64,000 nt of DNA from Porphyridium purpureum. Lineage: Eukaryota. The notes below the pieces were generated by a model. The model made no database searches. It was not told where the DNA came from and worked only from the letters and a program-made list of their open reading frames with translations. The DNA lies in assembly GCA_008690995.1 (NCBI GenBank), contig VRMN01000001.1, forward strand, positions 1,612,001 to 1,676,000, written 5' to 3'. Shown in pieces: positions 30,085 to 41,212 of the stretch (position 1 is the first letter of the stretch; every line of letters begins with the position of its first letter). The position numbers and the translations under genes were made by a program.

Positions 30085-31253
30085 GCACTCTCGTTTAAAT
30101 TCCTATTTGCATTACTTTTCGTTCAGTGCGGTGTTGCTGGACTGACCGGACGCGCGTTTAATGGCGTCACGGCGGGATTCCTCCTGCTTGCCCTTCCCTC
30201 GCCGAAAAGAGAGACATGATCATTAAGCTGTCTTTGCAACATAATCTCTGGTCATATCTAACACAATGGATGCTGTTCACTGCCGTGAAGCAGGCTGGCT
30301 ATGTGATCTCAAGGACTTCACGAATATTGTACCCGCTTTTCCGTCTTGGAGGTGAAGTACGATAGTGTGTCCGGACAATATGAGAATTTGTTGAAATGCT
30401 GGCACGTGACAAAGATTCGATTGCGGAGGGAACCGGCCTGCTCTACCAGGCACAGGCTGGCGCATCAGTTGATTCTGTTTAAGTACTTCTTTCTCGACGT
30501 GTCCTCCAGGCCACGTTCTGGTCTTATCAAGTGTTCAGGGCTGGAGGTCATGTGGAGCGGTACTCGATTTGAAGTCTAGACATAATTCAAACGATTTTAT
30601 AGCGCCTGAAACCAGGACCATGGTCAAGTCGTGCTTGCAGTTGTGGTGGTCTTTCGGTGCGTGGTTAAGACATAAAGCGGACCGAACGCACTGTTTGCGT
30701 TGGCCCTGTTCGAAAGGTACGAAAGATCGGATTCCTGTGGTGAATAGCCATTCTATGTGCGCCCGTGCCGAACTGGTAACGTTCTTGCGTATTTGCTTTT
30801 GTCTGTCAGAATGCGCCGACCTCAATCTTGAAATGTTATCCTTTCGAGGGCCTTTGGAGACTACCGAGTTTACAACGCAAAGGAAGTGTATCTGGTTCCA
30901 ACGCTCAATGGTAAGACTTGCTATTCGCGGCTTCCGTTTCTTGCAGATTTTTCATTTACTTGGTTGAACGGTGGGAAATGTTTCGAAGATTCCTCTTGCT
31001 TTCTGTCGAAATGTTTGCAAGCTTTGGATTCCACCTCTTCGATTGGTCTCAACCCCTCGGAGCAGCAATGAATTAGTCTCTAGATTGAGAAGTACACACA
31101 GAAACATGTGCCAAATTCCGCTTTGGCTTCACGCCGTACGTTTATCAGCGATAGAGTTGTGCTCATGTTGGTCTTTGGAGGCCAGATGATGAGCTTTGGA
31201 ATGTTAAGCCTTCCCAAACTCAGTCCAGCCCTTCCGAAAGACAAAGAATCACA

Positions 31254-32159
31254 CTAGTTTCCGGTATACCAAAAGTATTGCAGAAATGGTACTATGAAGG
31301 AAATGGCGACCAGCACGCCAAAGATGGTCCAATATTTGGTCTTGTTCACCTCGGTCTCGGCCTTGGTCTTGAACGTGCCCTCGGCACTCTCGCGCTGAAT
31401 CAGTGGCGGCCCCGGGTCCGCCTTTCCGTACAGAATTGGGAGTAGCCGGTTGTTGACGTCGAGGACGGACGCCGTGTATGCCTCCTGGCGAGCCTTGAGC
31501 GCAAATGTCTCGTTCCCAATGCTGGCAATAATGTCGTCGGTGAGCAGCTTTTTCGCTTCTGCGCCTGCGGCAATGCCCGCGCGCGCCACTTTAGTACCGC
31601 CAACGACCAGCACATCCTTGTCACCTAGCCCCCAACTCGCAAACAGATCATTCGCATACTCGTTTGGTTCACTCGTGCCGCCAAATGAGCGCACGGTCAC
31701 AAAATGCACTTCGAAGCCGGTGTTGTTCTTCAGCGTGACGTACGCCTTTTCGACAATGGGCTGCGCGCTCTTTGTGACCACGTTGGCATCATCAATCAGC
31801 AGGGCGACCGGCTTGCTGGAGGGCACCTCTGCCAGCGCCATCCCGCCCGTAGATCCAGCCACAGCCGCTCCCATTACCGCACCAACCGCCACGGCGGCAA
31901 CATACGCGCGCAAACGATCGGGCTGTTGCTGCTGCTTGTCCACCACACGACGCGCTGCCGCCTCCTGTCCCCCGCGCACGCCATCGCCCGCACTGCCCAT
32001 CCTCACCACCGCCATACTCCGTGCCCAACCGCGCGGCACCACCGCGGCGGTCAGCTTTGACGACCCACTTTCATCCGCCACACACACACATGCGCGCGAG
32101 CGAAGCGACGCAACGGCTCCGCTGTGATGCGCCGCAGAAACACTCACAAAGCACGCCAT
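31254..32159 (-). CDS. PSB32: Thylakoid lumen TPM-domain protein (Psb32/TLP18.3)
   Basis: Bipartite transit peptide (MACFV...ALA), IDDANVV, TGFEVHFVTVR, TFKTKAET, C-terminal TM helix ending QYFWY. Confidence 0.8.
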   Translation of the reverse strand: MACFVSVSAAHHSGAVASLRSRACVCVADESGSSKLTAAVVPRGWARSMAVVRMGSAGDGVRGGQEAAARRVVDKQQQQPDRLRAYVAAVAVGAVMGAAVAGSTGGMALAEVPSSKPVALLIDDANVVTKSAQPIVEKAYVTLKNNTGFEVHFVTVRSFGGTSEPNEYANDLFASWGLGDKDVLVVGGTKVARAGIAAGAEAKKLLTDDIIASIGNETFALKARQEAYTASVLDVNNRLLPILYGKADPGPPLIQRESAEGTFKTKAETEVNKTKYWTIFGVLVAISFIVPFLQYFWYTGN

Positions 32160-32776
32160 CTCGCCTGCTAACCCCCGTGCTCCGCCGCTCCACCGTCACC
32201 ACCTCCCTCCTTCAGCAGACGCTTCCCTCCTTCTCCCTGCACACCGCACATCGCCACCCACCCGGCTGCAGATCACAATCTCAGCGACCATCGCTGTACT
32301 CACAACTGTACATCGACACAATTAATTAATGCGTTATTTTAAGTTATAAATGTGATAAAGCTGCCGTAGCTGTACTAAAGCACTGTACCTAGTTGGATTC
32401 AAACGCGGTTTCGGCGTGTGCACGTTGAACGAAGCGCGCTAAGACAGGGAAGACGGGGAAGATGGACGTGCATGATTAGGTGGAAGGCTTGGACTAGATG
32501 CTTTCCTGGTTGAATCTGTCGGTCAGGGTCTGAGGCTAAGTCTGGGTCCGACTCTGAGTCTGAGTCTATCGAAGGATTTCCTCCCGCGGAGAGCCTTGCG
32601 TGCGTGCATGGTGGGTACCGACGGAAAGAGCTACTCGCGAAGAATCGAGCGCCCGGGAAACGTGCGGCGCGAGGTGAACGAAAAGGCAAAAGCAGGAAAC
32701 GGCAAGAAAAGGGGCGTGGGATTCGTGAACAGTGTGCCCGGGGGGTTGGGTGTGAGCGAGAGTCTTGTGATTGCTT

Positions 32777-34540
32777 ATGTATTTGGATGAACGGCGTTGC
32801 TCGCGTTCCGAGCGAGTCGCGTCGGCTCCTGCCTTCGCTTCCGTGCTGAGTGTCTCTTTGCGCCGCGGGGCACCGTCTCAGAAAAGCTATGATGAGCCGC
32901 GCTGCGCGCAGAAGTCTCGAGCCCGATCGGCCGTGCGCGGCACGCTGACGCCTCTTCTCTTCGAGAGGCTTGCCGACGGCGCTCGCGGACCACAGCTTGG
33001 TCGCTCGGACTTTGGTGGACAGCGTGCGCTGTCGAGCTCCAAAATGAAGCGAAAACAAATTTGCTCGGCTCTATTCATGTCGGACTCGCCGGAAGGTCGC
33101 AGCTTGCTCGAGATCCCGAAACCGGCCGAGGGTTCTTCTGCGGACGCCAACAATGACATGCCACGCCTGACGACTGCGAATGTGTTGAACCCGGCAGCGT
33201 GGCCAGAGCGCTACAAGGTCGTATTCATGACCTTTATATCGTTCATCATTTGCAACATGGATCGCATTAACGTCTCCATTGCCATCTTGCCCATGGCAAA
33301 GACGTACGGCTGGTCCCAGTCTACGGTCGGAATCATCCAGTCCTCATTTTTCTGGGGGTATGTTCTCACGCAGATACCTGGTGGATATCTCGCGAGCCGG
33401 TTCGGCGGGAAGGCAGTGCTGGGTGCTGGCGTAGTGGCGTGGAGCTTAATGACATTTATTACGCCCATGGCCGCCTCACACTCCCTGCCGGCGCTGCTGG
33501 TGGCGCGCGCACTGCTCGGCATTGGAGAGGGCGTCGCCATGCCTGCTATGAACCAGATGATTTCATCTTGGGTTCCCTCGTCTGAGCGCTCGCGCTCCCT
33601 CTCGCTCATTTACTCCGGCATGTACTTGGGTTCCGTGGTGGGATTGTTGCTGTGCCCGCAGCTCATCATCTCATTTGGATGGCCGAGTGTGTTCTACACC
33701 TTTGGCGCTCTTGGCTTCGTGTGGTGGGCTGGGTGGCTTTTCGGTATTGGCTCATCACCGGAAGCTTGCGCTGGGATCAGCGATGCGGAAAAGCGCTTCA
33801 TCCTGGATGACTCTGGCAACTCTCGCAAAGAAGTCGATTTTGACGCCAACGACGACAGCGGGGATGAGCACGGGAACGAAGAATCTAGTGGTTCGGGCAA
33901 CAGGGTGGTCGCTCTGCAAGACGGATCCATTCCCTGGCTCAAGTTTTTCCAGAACCCAGCCGTGTGGGCGATCAACATTTCACACTTTTGCGTGACTTGG
34001 GGCTACTTTGTGCTGCTCACGTGGCTTCCAACATTCTTCACCATGGAGCTCGGATTCGACCTCTCATCATCCTCTCTCTTTGCCATCATCCCGTGGCTGG
34101 CCATGTTTGTGTTTGCTAACGTTGGTGGCCAGATTGCAGATCGCCTGCTCACGATGGGCCTGTCTCGAACGCTCGTCCGCAAGACCATGCAGACGATTGG
34201 CTTTCTCGGGCCGGCCGCATTTTTGACGCTCGTAGCATCAGCTGACAGCGCCATGGCGGCCGTGACGTATATGTCATTCGCGCTAGGCCTCGGCAGCTTT
34301 TCCCAAAGCGGCGTCTACTCAAACCATCAGGATATTGGCCCGCGATATGCAGGCATCTTGCTTGGTATCTCCAACACGTTTGCTGCGGTTCCTGGCATTG
34401 TGGGCGTGGCGCTGACCGGCGTCCTTCTCGACTCCACAGGCGGCAATTGGAATGTTGTCTTTGGTATTGCCGTAGGCTTTTACTTGCTTGGCACCATTGT
34501 GTACAATAGCTTCGCCTCTGGCGAGCGCCAGTTTGAGTAA
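32777..34540 (+). CDS. PHT4: PHT4/ANTR-family MFS anion/phosphate transporter, probably plastid-targeted; start uncertain
   Basis: ICNMDRINVS, SSFFWGY..TQIPGG, GEGVAMPAM, LLTWLPT, HQDIGPRYAG, SGERQF. Confidence 0.88.
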   Translation: MYLDERRCSRSERVASAPAFASVLSVSLRRGAPSQKSYDEPRCAQKSRARSAVRGTLTPLLFERLADGARGPQLGRSDFGGQRALSSSKMKRKQICSALFMSDSPEGRSLLEIPKPAEGSSADANNDMPRLTTANVLNPAAWPERYKVVFMTFISFIICNMDRINVSIAILPMAKTYGWSQSTVGIIQSSFFWGYVLTQIPGGYLASRFGGKAVLGAGVVAWSLMTFITPMAASHSLPALLVARALLGIGEGVAMPAMNQMISSWVPSSERSRSLSLIYSGMYLGSVVGLLLCPQLIISFGWPSVFYTFGALGFVWWAGWLFGIGSSPEACAGISDAEKRFILDDSGNSRKEVDFDANDDSGDEHGNEESSGSGNRVVALQDGSIPWLKFFQNPAVWAINISHFCVTWGYFVLLTWLPTFFTMELGFDLSSSSLFAIIPWLAMFVFANVGGQIADRLLTMGLSRTLVRKTMQTIGFLGPAAFLTLVASADSAMAAVTYMSFALGLGSFSQSGVYSNHQDIGPRYAGILLGISNTFAAVPGIVGVALTGVLLDSTGGNWNVVFGIAVGFYLLGTIVYNSFASGERQFE

Positions 34541-35842
34541 ATCAGTTGGCAACCCGATCAATTGCTCTGTTGACGCAAAGCTGAGGGTGACTAGCCTTGG
34601 GGCTGAGTCTCCTCTAACCGTTGGTCGTTGGCCCGCAGGACGCAGGCACCCTCTGCTGCTGTTCCATCCAGTCATTACGTAAGCTTATCTCGCCCGCAAG
34701 TACCATTTTTCAAAGTCTGCGTGCCAGTTGAAACTCTTTCAATTTTTTCTTTCTTTCTCATATTGCAATCGGCTGCAAGACATTCGGCTGTACACACTCG
34801 CTTTCCAGCAGACGAACTCAACACGGATACAATCATCAGGCATTCGAGTCCCAGCAGCTGCTCCACTGCCTACGCGTGCACCCACACTGCTCGTTCCGTT
34901 ACGCTGCTGCGCACCGCAAGGAATCCTTTCCTCTACATGAACGCGGCGAGCGCTGCAGATCCTGGTGCTCAGCGACCAACCAGGATCGGCGCGGTGCCAT
35001 CCATGACGGCAAGTACCCAACGAACCGTCGACGCCCGGAGCACACACCACCTCATGCCAAAGGCGGCTAGTCTCCCGAATCCCAGACACCCCCAGCTCCG
35101 ATTCTCGCGCCATCCACCAGACCTCCCCCGTGAGTACAGTCCACTGTACATCTATTCAACCGCGCCAAAGTACAGTGCGTTCAGTGAGTACAGTTGATAT
35201 GGATGAAGTGTACTCGAACAGACGAGCACAAACACAAGAAAAAGCGCGCGTTGCGTGCGATCCCACACGCGGCTGGGCCAGTTCATTCAGGGGCTGGGGT
35301 GTGAAACGCGGGGAAGGAGGGAGAGACGAAGGGGACACGCGTCGCATGCATCGTCGCGGTTTATGCACAGCGGAAATAGGGTGGGAAGCCGCTGTGTGTG
35401 TGTGTGTGTGTGCAGGCGCTGAGTCTCACTTTCGCACCTGCACTTCCGACACACATTGGGATTCGCGCCGTTTTCCAAACGCACACGCGTGCATGCGCGA
35501 GTGAGCGAGCGAGCTTGGTTTGGTTCGTCTGCCGGCGATTGAGAGTCTGACGTTTGGTGGTTGGTTCAAGGAGAGGCTCTGAGGTCACGGCTTTGCATGG
35601 AAAGAAAAAGAGCTCTGGCTGGACAACTTTGCTCAGTGTGAGTGTCAGCTTGACGTTTGGTGCGCATGCATGGGTCGTGCTGGAAAAGGAAAGCAGAAAA
35701 ATATTTCAAGCACTTGGCACCGGGAAAAGAGCCTGACGGGACATTGGCTGGGTGAGGCTGCAGGAGCGTCGCTGTGCTCTGACGGATGGACAACCAAGTG
35801 ACAGCACGGATTGTGTTCTTTTGTCGTTGACTCGGGTCTGAA

Positions 35843-38800
35843 ATGGAGAAGCAGGAGACCATGCTCGGCCTCGCTTTCGAGGATCCCGTGAGTTGCACTT
35901 CGGATGAGGACCAGGTCATCAGTAGGCGAAGGAACTCGCAAAGAGTCCACACGTCACGATCGCAGCCAATGCTCCCACAGATGCCACTGCCTGGCCATCA
36001 GATGCACACTCATGCGACAAGCCAGCACTCACACGAAACCCAAGTCTCTGCTCCAGCCAGACCCGACTATGCAACAAAATCACGCAAGTCGGGCCGCGCG
36101 GCTAAGAGTACGCTGCGTTCAGACGGAATTTGCAGAAGGAAAGTAGCAGAGTGTGATGGGCAGACCATCGCAAGGCATGGTCTGGCTCACGGGTTGAGAG
36201 ATGATCTTGCAGATGCATGGACGAGCACTGAAGATCACGATGGACGTGCTGTCATGATGGATACTGATATTATTTCTACCGACGATGATGACGACAATGA
36301 AGAAAAAGCCGCACAACCTAGCACGCTTGTGCCCGGAACTGCATTTATTGACGATCACATACAAGACGCAAGCAGTAGTGATGATCAAGAGGTGAAAGCG
36401 CCTGAGACAAATCACTCGCGTGCGGACTTCTTGTCGCCAAAGGATTGGCTCGATGCATGGCAGATTATGGAGATGGAAACGCATGAAAAGGAAGCTCAAG
36501 ATGGCAAAGACACTTCCATTGTTGGATCCACAGTTCTGCAAACGAAGTGCACAGACGCAGACAATATCATCGCTGTTCAGGCTCACGGCAGAAGCATGCA
36601 GGACCGTAGCACTGCTTTGGCCCACGTTCCCGTGTTTCTGGGGGAGATTGAAGCATGCGCGAGCGGGACAAAGTTTCCCGGGGTAGTACTCATTGAAGAC
36701 GTAACTCCGGAGGGTGTCGCACAACACAACCGACTCGCTCCAGACCTATTTCTGGCACAGCCAAATGAAGCCGACATGGTCAGGAAAAGATTGCGATTCG
36801 ACGAACACCATGAGGCCGCGCCAAGTATGCCTAATCAAAGGTTATCGAATGGTATGAGGGAAAGCGAACAGACTTCGATTCCAGCTTTCGAAGAGAATCA
36901 AAATATACGGAAGCGTCCCCGCCAATATTCGGACGAAAAATGTCTGCCAGGACATGAGCATCAATGTCGTCCGCCAGACCAATTGGGGAAAGAATCTAGC
37001 ACGGGAAATCCATGCAGTGGAGAAGAAAACATTCCGAGCACGCGTGAGCGTGACGAAAAAAATGAAATGCAGAGAGGCGCCTCTCAGAACCCTCAACATG
37101 ACCAGGATGACGGGGACCTGCATTCTCAAAAGCCTCCAGCAGTAGCGCCCCATGCGTCAACTGATTTTCATCAGTCAGGTTATCATTTTGCTGCCTGCGG
37201 CTTTCAGACGAACTTGGGAAGAGCCCCTCAAAATGAGGTCGTTTTGAACCAGTGTCAAAGACTTCTAGACACTGACCAGTTTTGCCAGGATGCCGTGGAG
37301 CATCAGCATGTCTTTCCCGAAGGCGCCGCGAGAAATTTTATTTTGGAGCTCGAAAGTTTCGAACACTGTGGCCCAGCTCAAAGACTCGGCTCAAGCTGTG
37401 CTTCAGCTTTTAGGACGTCAGCATGCGTCTTAAACTCCAAGTATGACGGCGCCCAAGGAGGCCTTTCTATCAATTATGCCGACAACAATGCTTCCGAGAG
37501 CCAACAAGCAAAGTGTGCAGTACAGACAGCGCCAGCTCTCGCCGGTCGTGAAATTCGAAATCACGAACACCCTCAAGACTTCGAGACCGACTCTCCTTCC
37601 GCATCTGACAATATCATACGTGTATTTAGGTCAATTCAAGACTGCGCCGGCGACGCTCCAGATGTCGACCCTGATGCTTCAGAGTTGCATCAAAGCCGCT
37701 ACGCAGTCGCTGCAATATTGCCGTCTGACTTGAGTCGTGCTCATGACTTTCCCGAAGATACACATCGTCACGGAGTTGCGCTTTATCCAGGGAATCTTGT
37801 ATCTCAAATCGTGGCAGAAGGCGGGGATCGTGGCGGCTTGGGGCAGAAACAGATTCCCTGCGCAGAGCTCTGTGACGGCGGGACGGATCACCATGTTGAC
37901 ACTGACCTCACGGCTGGGGGCCTTCCAGACAAGGCCGTCACGTTTGCCACGATTCGGGGTGGGTCGCCAGGTATGAGTCATGGAAAGAGTCGTCATGGTG
38001 AAAGTATGATCGTGCAAGAAGACGACGAACACGATCAAGCGAAATTGGCTCGCGCTCGGGTGCGTCCTACTGAAAGAATCGCTGGTGTCGCTTCTAGCTT
38101 TGCATTTACGACCGCTAGGGGAAAATCGATCGATATCAGTGACAAGATGCTGCAAAAGGCGCGGACCATCCTGGGCGATGGGAACGACGACGGTTGCAGC
38201 TTGCCTGCATTTCCTCCGGCAAAACGGGCTATGGAAGGCGCCTCGACAGCCTTTGCCACAGCTGGGGGAAAATCGATCGAGGTCAGTGACAAGATGCTGC
38301 AAAAGGCGCGGACCATCCTGGGCGATGGGAACGACGACGGTTGTGGCCTGCCTGCATTTCCTCCGGCAAAACGGGCTATGGAAGGCGCCTCGACAGCCTT
38401 TGCCACAGCTGGGGGAAAATCGATCGAGGTCAGTGACAAGATGCTGCAAAAGGCGCGGACCATCCTGGGCGATGGGAACGATGACGATTGTGGCCTGCCT
38501 GCATTTCTTCCGACAAAACGGGCGATGGGAGGTGCCTCGGCAGCCTTTGCCACAGCTGGGGGAAAATCCATCGAGGTCAGTGACAAGATGCTGCAAAAGG
38601 CGCGGACCATCTTGGGCACTGAACACGACGACGATCATGGCAAGATTTTGGCTCGTGCGCCAGTCGAGAGGCCTATGCCTTCATATTCCGCTCGTCTTGA
38701 TGTTGGTCCAGACTCTGCGCAAGGATCCAGTGAATCTGCACGTTCTCCCTTGCTTGGAGAATTCGAAGCGTCCAAAGGCGACATGCTGGATGATGATCGC

Positions 38801-41212
38801 GCCAACCTTGACGCGCGCGAAGGGCAACGCAGCACGCCAGATCTGTCGCATCTGGCGCAGGCGAGATTCAACAAAAAAGTTGTTCCTCTTCTACATGCAG
38901 GACCCTTTATCCGCTGCTCGTCGCCATTTCAAGCAGCGACTAGGACGACTGCCTCTACACGCAAGGTGTCGTTCAAAAATCAGAATGGCAAGGCTCCTTT
39001 CCGGCCACCGGACCGCATTGTTCGTAATTCTGATGAAGCAGCTGCATCAACCCGTGGGAAATTGCTGCCGCGAAAGGAAGGATTGCGGTCTTCCAACAAC
39101 GCCATGGTCGATATTCGTGCGGTGTACATTTCCCAAAGTGGAGAGTATGTTCGTCCGCCGCATCGCAATGCCAGGGGCAAGCAATTTGACGCTGATGTCC
39201 ATTTTCAGCCTCGAGCGGTTGCTGCTGCTTCTGGAAGCACTATCAAAGGGATCATGAGCCTTGAGCAGGCAGCTCAATATAGCTTTGCAGTCGATCAGCT
39301 AGGCTTTCGCGACGAGCACGATGTTTTGGGTATCTTTTCGATGTCGTCGGCTGCCGAGCTGCTGCCCACTTCTCGTCCCAAGGGAGCAGGCAACGATCAA
39401 AGTGTTGGGATGCAGAACGTGCTCCGCTTCTTCTCATCCATTTTCCCGGCGCTCGAACCCACCGAAAATACTCATTGCGATGACGATCGCCTAGCATCCC
39501 GCCCGGGGAGTGCAGTCTGGATTCGTAATGCATACACTCTCCAAGTTTGGCGGCATGCCAGAACGCGCGGCGCGGCATGTGCGTTCACGCTCCGAGACGT
39601 CCTTGTCAGTATGGCGCGGCGGATCGAAAAGGAATGGAACCAGGTTGAAAAACCGCCTTTCTTACGGCTCTCGGAACGAGACGCGCTTCCATCAAGCCCG
39701 CATGTCTGCTACGTGGTGTCTCTATCTTTGGTACCTACGTGCTCGGGACTTGGGAGTGTGCAGTATTCCATGTTGATCACGGATGGAGCTTACCTCTTGA
39801 AAGCTAGCTTGCCTCTTCAACTTGGCGCTCACGTTGTGTCCGGGAAAATTGCAGCGGGGACAAAGCTCTTCATTACAGGCTCTGCTTTCAAGGAGAATGC
39901 TGACATGGTGGGTGGTACTGGTGGTCATGGTTTGGGCAAGAACAATAGCGTCCAGACTCGCGTTCGGTCGCCGAATCCTGGCAGTGATCCGTCACCTGCC
40001 GTCAAACGTTTAGAGCCTGGCGCGCTGGACTGTGCGCCGCTTATTCTTCATCCAAATGGTGTGCGCGGGGCCAAAGCGTCTGCAAAGTTGGGTGTTCAGA
40101 AAAAGCTGCCCACCATTCACTCGCTGAAATCTGTGTTTTTGCTCGGCCGCGAGAGCGTTGTGCCATCTGTCGAACTTTTGGTTCTCAGGGTCTATCCTAC
40201 TCGATTTGTAGAGACCGTAGAGCAGGCAGAGGGGCAATCGTCGACCGCCGCAGGGCCTATTCAGCCAAACTACGGCGGGCGTCGCATATTTCGGACACGT
40301 GAGCAAGAAGAGCATGTTCGAGAGGAAGCATACAACAGATGCGGAGGGAGCGCCAATGAGCGGAACGTCAAGGCAGCACGAGAGGTGCTAGTAGCGGACA
40401 AGTATGGGCAGCGCGCTCTCGTAACAATATGGCAGCAGGATGCAGCTTACGCCGATAATGTGTTGAAAGAGAATGTGTACCTTCGCATCCAGGCCGCAAG
40501 TTGCCACCAGCTCCGACCACCTCGCGCGGGCGCGGCCATTCGCATCATCGCTGGGCAGAAGTCGGTTCTGCGCACGTTCGAGCGCTCTGTCATTCCGCGA
40601 GCATTCTTTCAGGAGCGCACGCTTTCTTATGCTTCGCAAGCAGCGCTTCGCATGGACGCGGACCTGCTGCTTGTTGTGTTGCTTGTGGGACCTGTGCAGA
40701 CCATCGGCAGTCACAGTTCCACTCGATACGTGTTCTGTGCGGACGCAAGAGAGTCGCTGGCAAGCGACGTATCACCGGAGCGTATCCCGATTGTTGTCGT
40801 GGAATTTCGCGACGACGACGCGAAGAACATTCCTCGCATAGTGAGCGTGGCTCAGGAGTCGCTCGTCAAAAGATTGATTTGCCTCGGCGAATGGTCAGGA
40901 GGGCCCGTGGCGGCCGGTGCGAGAGACGCAGCGAATAATCTGCAGGAGAGTGCAGATCTGTTTGTGCTGGGGCGGGATGTGGCGGTGTGTGACCGAGTTG
41001 CCGTCGCCAACACAATAGCCTGCGAGAGTAGCACGCGGACGTCCTGGCTGTCGGGCGGACAGCTTGTTCGTGCGCGCGGGAACGGGCTGTACGCCGGCAC
41101 CCTTCCAGCCGCTGTGCAGCGCAGGCTTGACGCCAAGACGCCCGCCGTGTGGAGCGCTTTACTCCGACGGGCCAACGACCTTGTTTGCGGCCGCGCGCGT
41201 ACCGCGCTGTAA
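35843..41212 (+). CDS. BRCA2: BRCA2 homologue (four BRC repeats, helical domain and OB folds)
   Basis: F.TA.GK.I.VS...L.KA..IL x4, WIRNAY...WR (helical domain), ITDG.Y, GTKL.I.G, N.VR.A....KLG, RVYP. Confidence 0.85.
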   Translation: MEKQETMLGLAFEDPVSCTSDEDQVISRRRNSQRVHTSRSQPMLPQMPLPGHQMHTHATSQHSHETQVSAPARPDYATKSRKSGRAAKSTLRSDGICRRKVAECDGQTIARHGLAHGLRDDLADAWTSTEDHDGRAVMMDTDIISTDDDDDNEEKAAQPSTLVPGTAFIDDHIQDASSSDDQEVKAPETNHSRADFLSPKDWLDAWQIMEMETHEKEAQDGKDTSIVGSTVLQTKCTDADNIIAVQAHGRSMQDRSTALAHVPVFLGEIEACASGTKFPGVVLIEDVTPEGVAQHNRLAPDLFLAQPNEADMVRKRLRFDEHHEAAPSMPNQRLSNGMRESEQTSIPAFEENQNIRKRPRQYSDEKCLPGHEHQCRPPDQLGKESSTGNPCSGEENIPSTRERDEKNEMQRGASQNPQHDQDDGDLHSQKPPAVAPHASTDFHQSGYHFAACGFQTNLGRAPQNEVVLNQCQRLLDTDQFCQDAVEHQHVFPEGAARNFILELESFEHCGPAQRLGSSCASAFRTSACVLNSKYDGAQGGLSINYADNNASESQQAKCAVQTAPALAGREIRNHEHPQDFETDSPSASDNIIRVFRSIQDCAGDAPDVDPDASELHQSRYAVAAILPSDLSRAHDFPEDTHRHGVALYPGNLVSQIVAEGGDRGGLGQKQIPCAELCDGGTDHHVDTDLTAGGLPDKAVTFATIRGGSPGMSHGKSRHGESMIVQEDDEHDQAKLARARVRPTERIAGVASSFAFTTARGKSIDISDKMLQKARTILGDGNDDGCSLPAFPPAKRAMEGASTAFATAGGKSIEVSDKMLQKARTILGDGNDDGCGLPAFPPAKRAMEGASTAFATAGGKSIEVSDKMLQKARTILGDGNDDDCGLPAFLPTKRAMGGASAAFATAGGKSIEVSDKMLQKARTILGTEHDDDHGKILARAPVERPMPSYSARLDVGPDSAQGSSESARSPLLGEFEASKGDMLDDDRANLDAREGQRSTPDLSHLAQARFNKKVVPLLHAGPFIRCSSPFQAATRTTASTRKVSFKNQNGKAPFRPPDRIVRNSDEAAASTRGKLLPRKEGLRSSNNAMVDIRAVYISQSGEYVRPPHRNARGKQFDADVHFQPRAVAAASGSTIKGIMSLEQAAQYSFAVDQLGFRDEHDVLGIFSMSSAAELLPTSRPKGAGNDQSVGMQNVLRFFSSIFPALEPTENTHCDDDRLASRPGSAVWIRNAYTLQVWRHARTRGAACAFTLRDVLVSMARRIEKEWNQVEKPPFLRLSERDALPSSPHVCYVVSLSLVPTCSGLGSVQYSMLITDGAYLLKASLPLQLGAHVVSGKIAAGTKLFITGSAFKENADMVGGTGGHGLGKNNSVQTRVRSPNPGSDPSPAVKRLEPGALDCAPLILHPNGVRGAKASAKLGVQKKLPTIHSLKSVFLLGRESVVPSVELLVLRVYPTRFVETVEQAEGQSSTAAGPIQPNYGGRRIFRTREQEEHVREEAYNRCGGSANERNVKAAREVLVADKYGQRALVTIWQQDAAYADNVLKENVYLRIQAASCHQLRPPRAGAAIRIIAGQKSVLRTFERSVIPRAFFQERTLSYASQAALRMDADLLLVVLLVGPVQTIGSHSSTRYVFCADARESLASDVSPERIPIVVVEFRDDDAKNIPRIVSVAQESLVKRLICLGEWSGGPVAAGARDAANNLQESADLFVLGRDVAVCDRVAVANTIACESSTRTSWLSGGQLVRARGNGLYAGTLPAAVQRRLDAKTPAVWSALLRRANDLVCGRARTAL
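38105..38618 (+). repeat. 147-bp coding tandem repeat (BRC units); three full units plus a partial fourth
   Basis: GACAAGATG recurs at 38141, 38288, 38435 and 38582. Confidence 0.92.

Noticed and set aside
30085..31250. Short ORFs between VPS23 and PSB32
   Set aside because: No supportable product.
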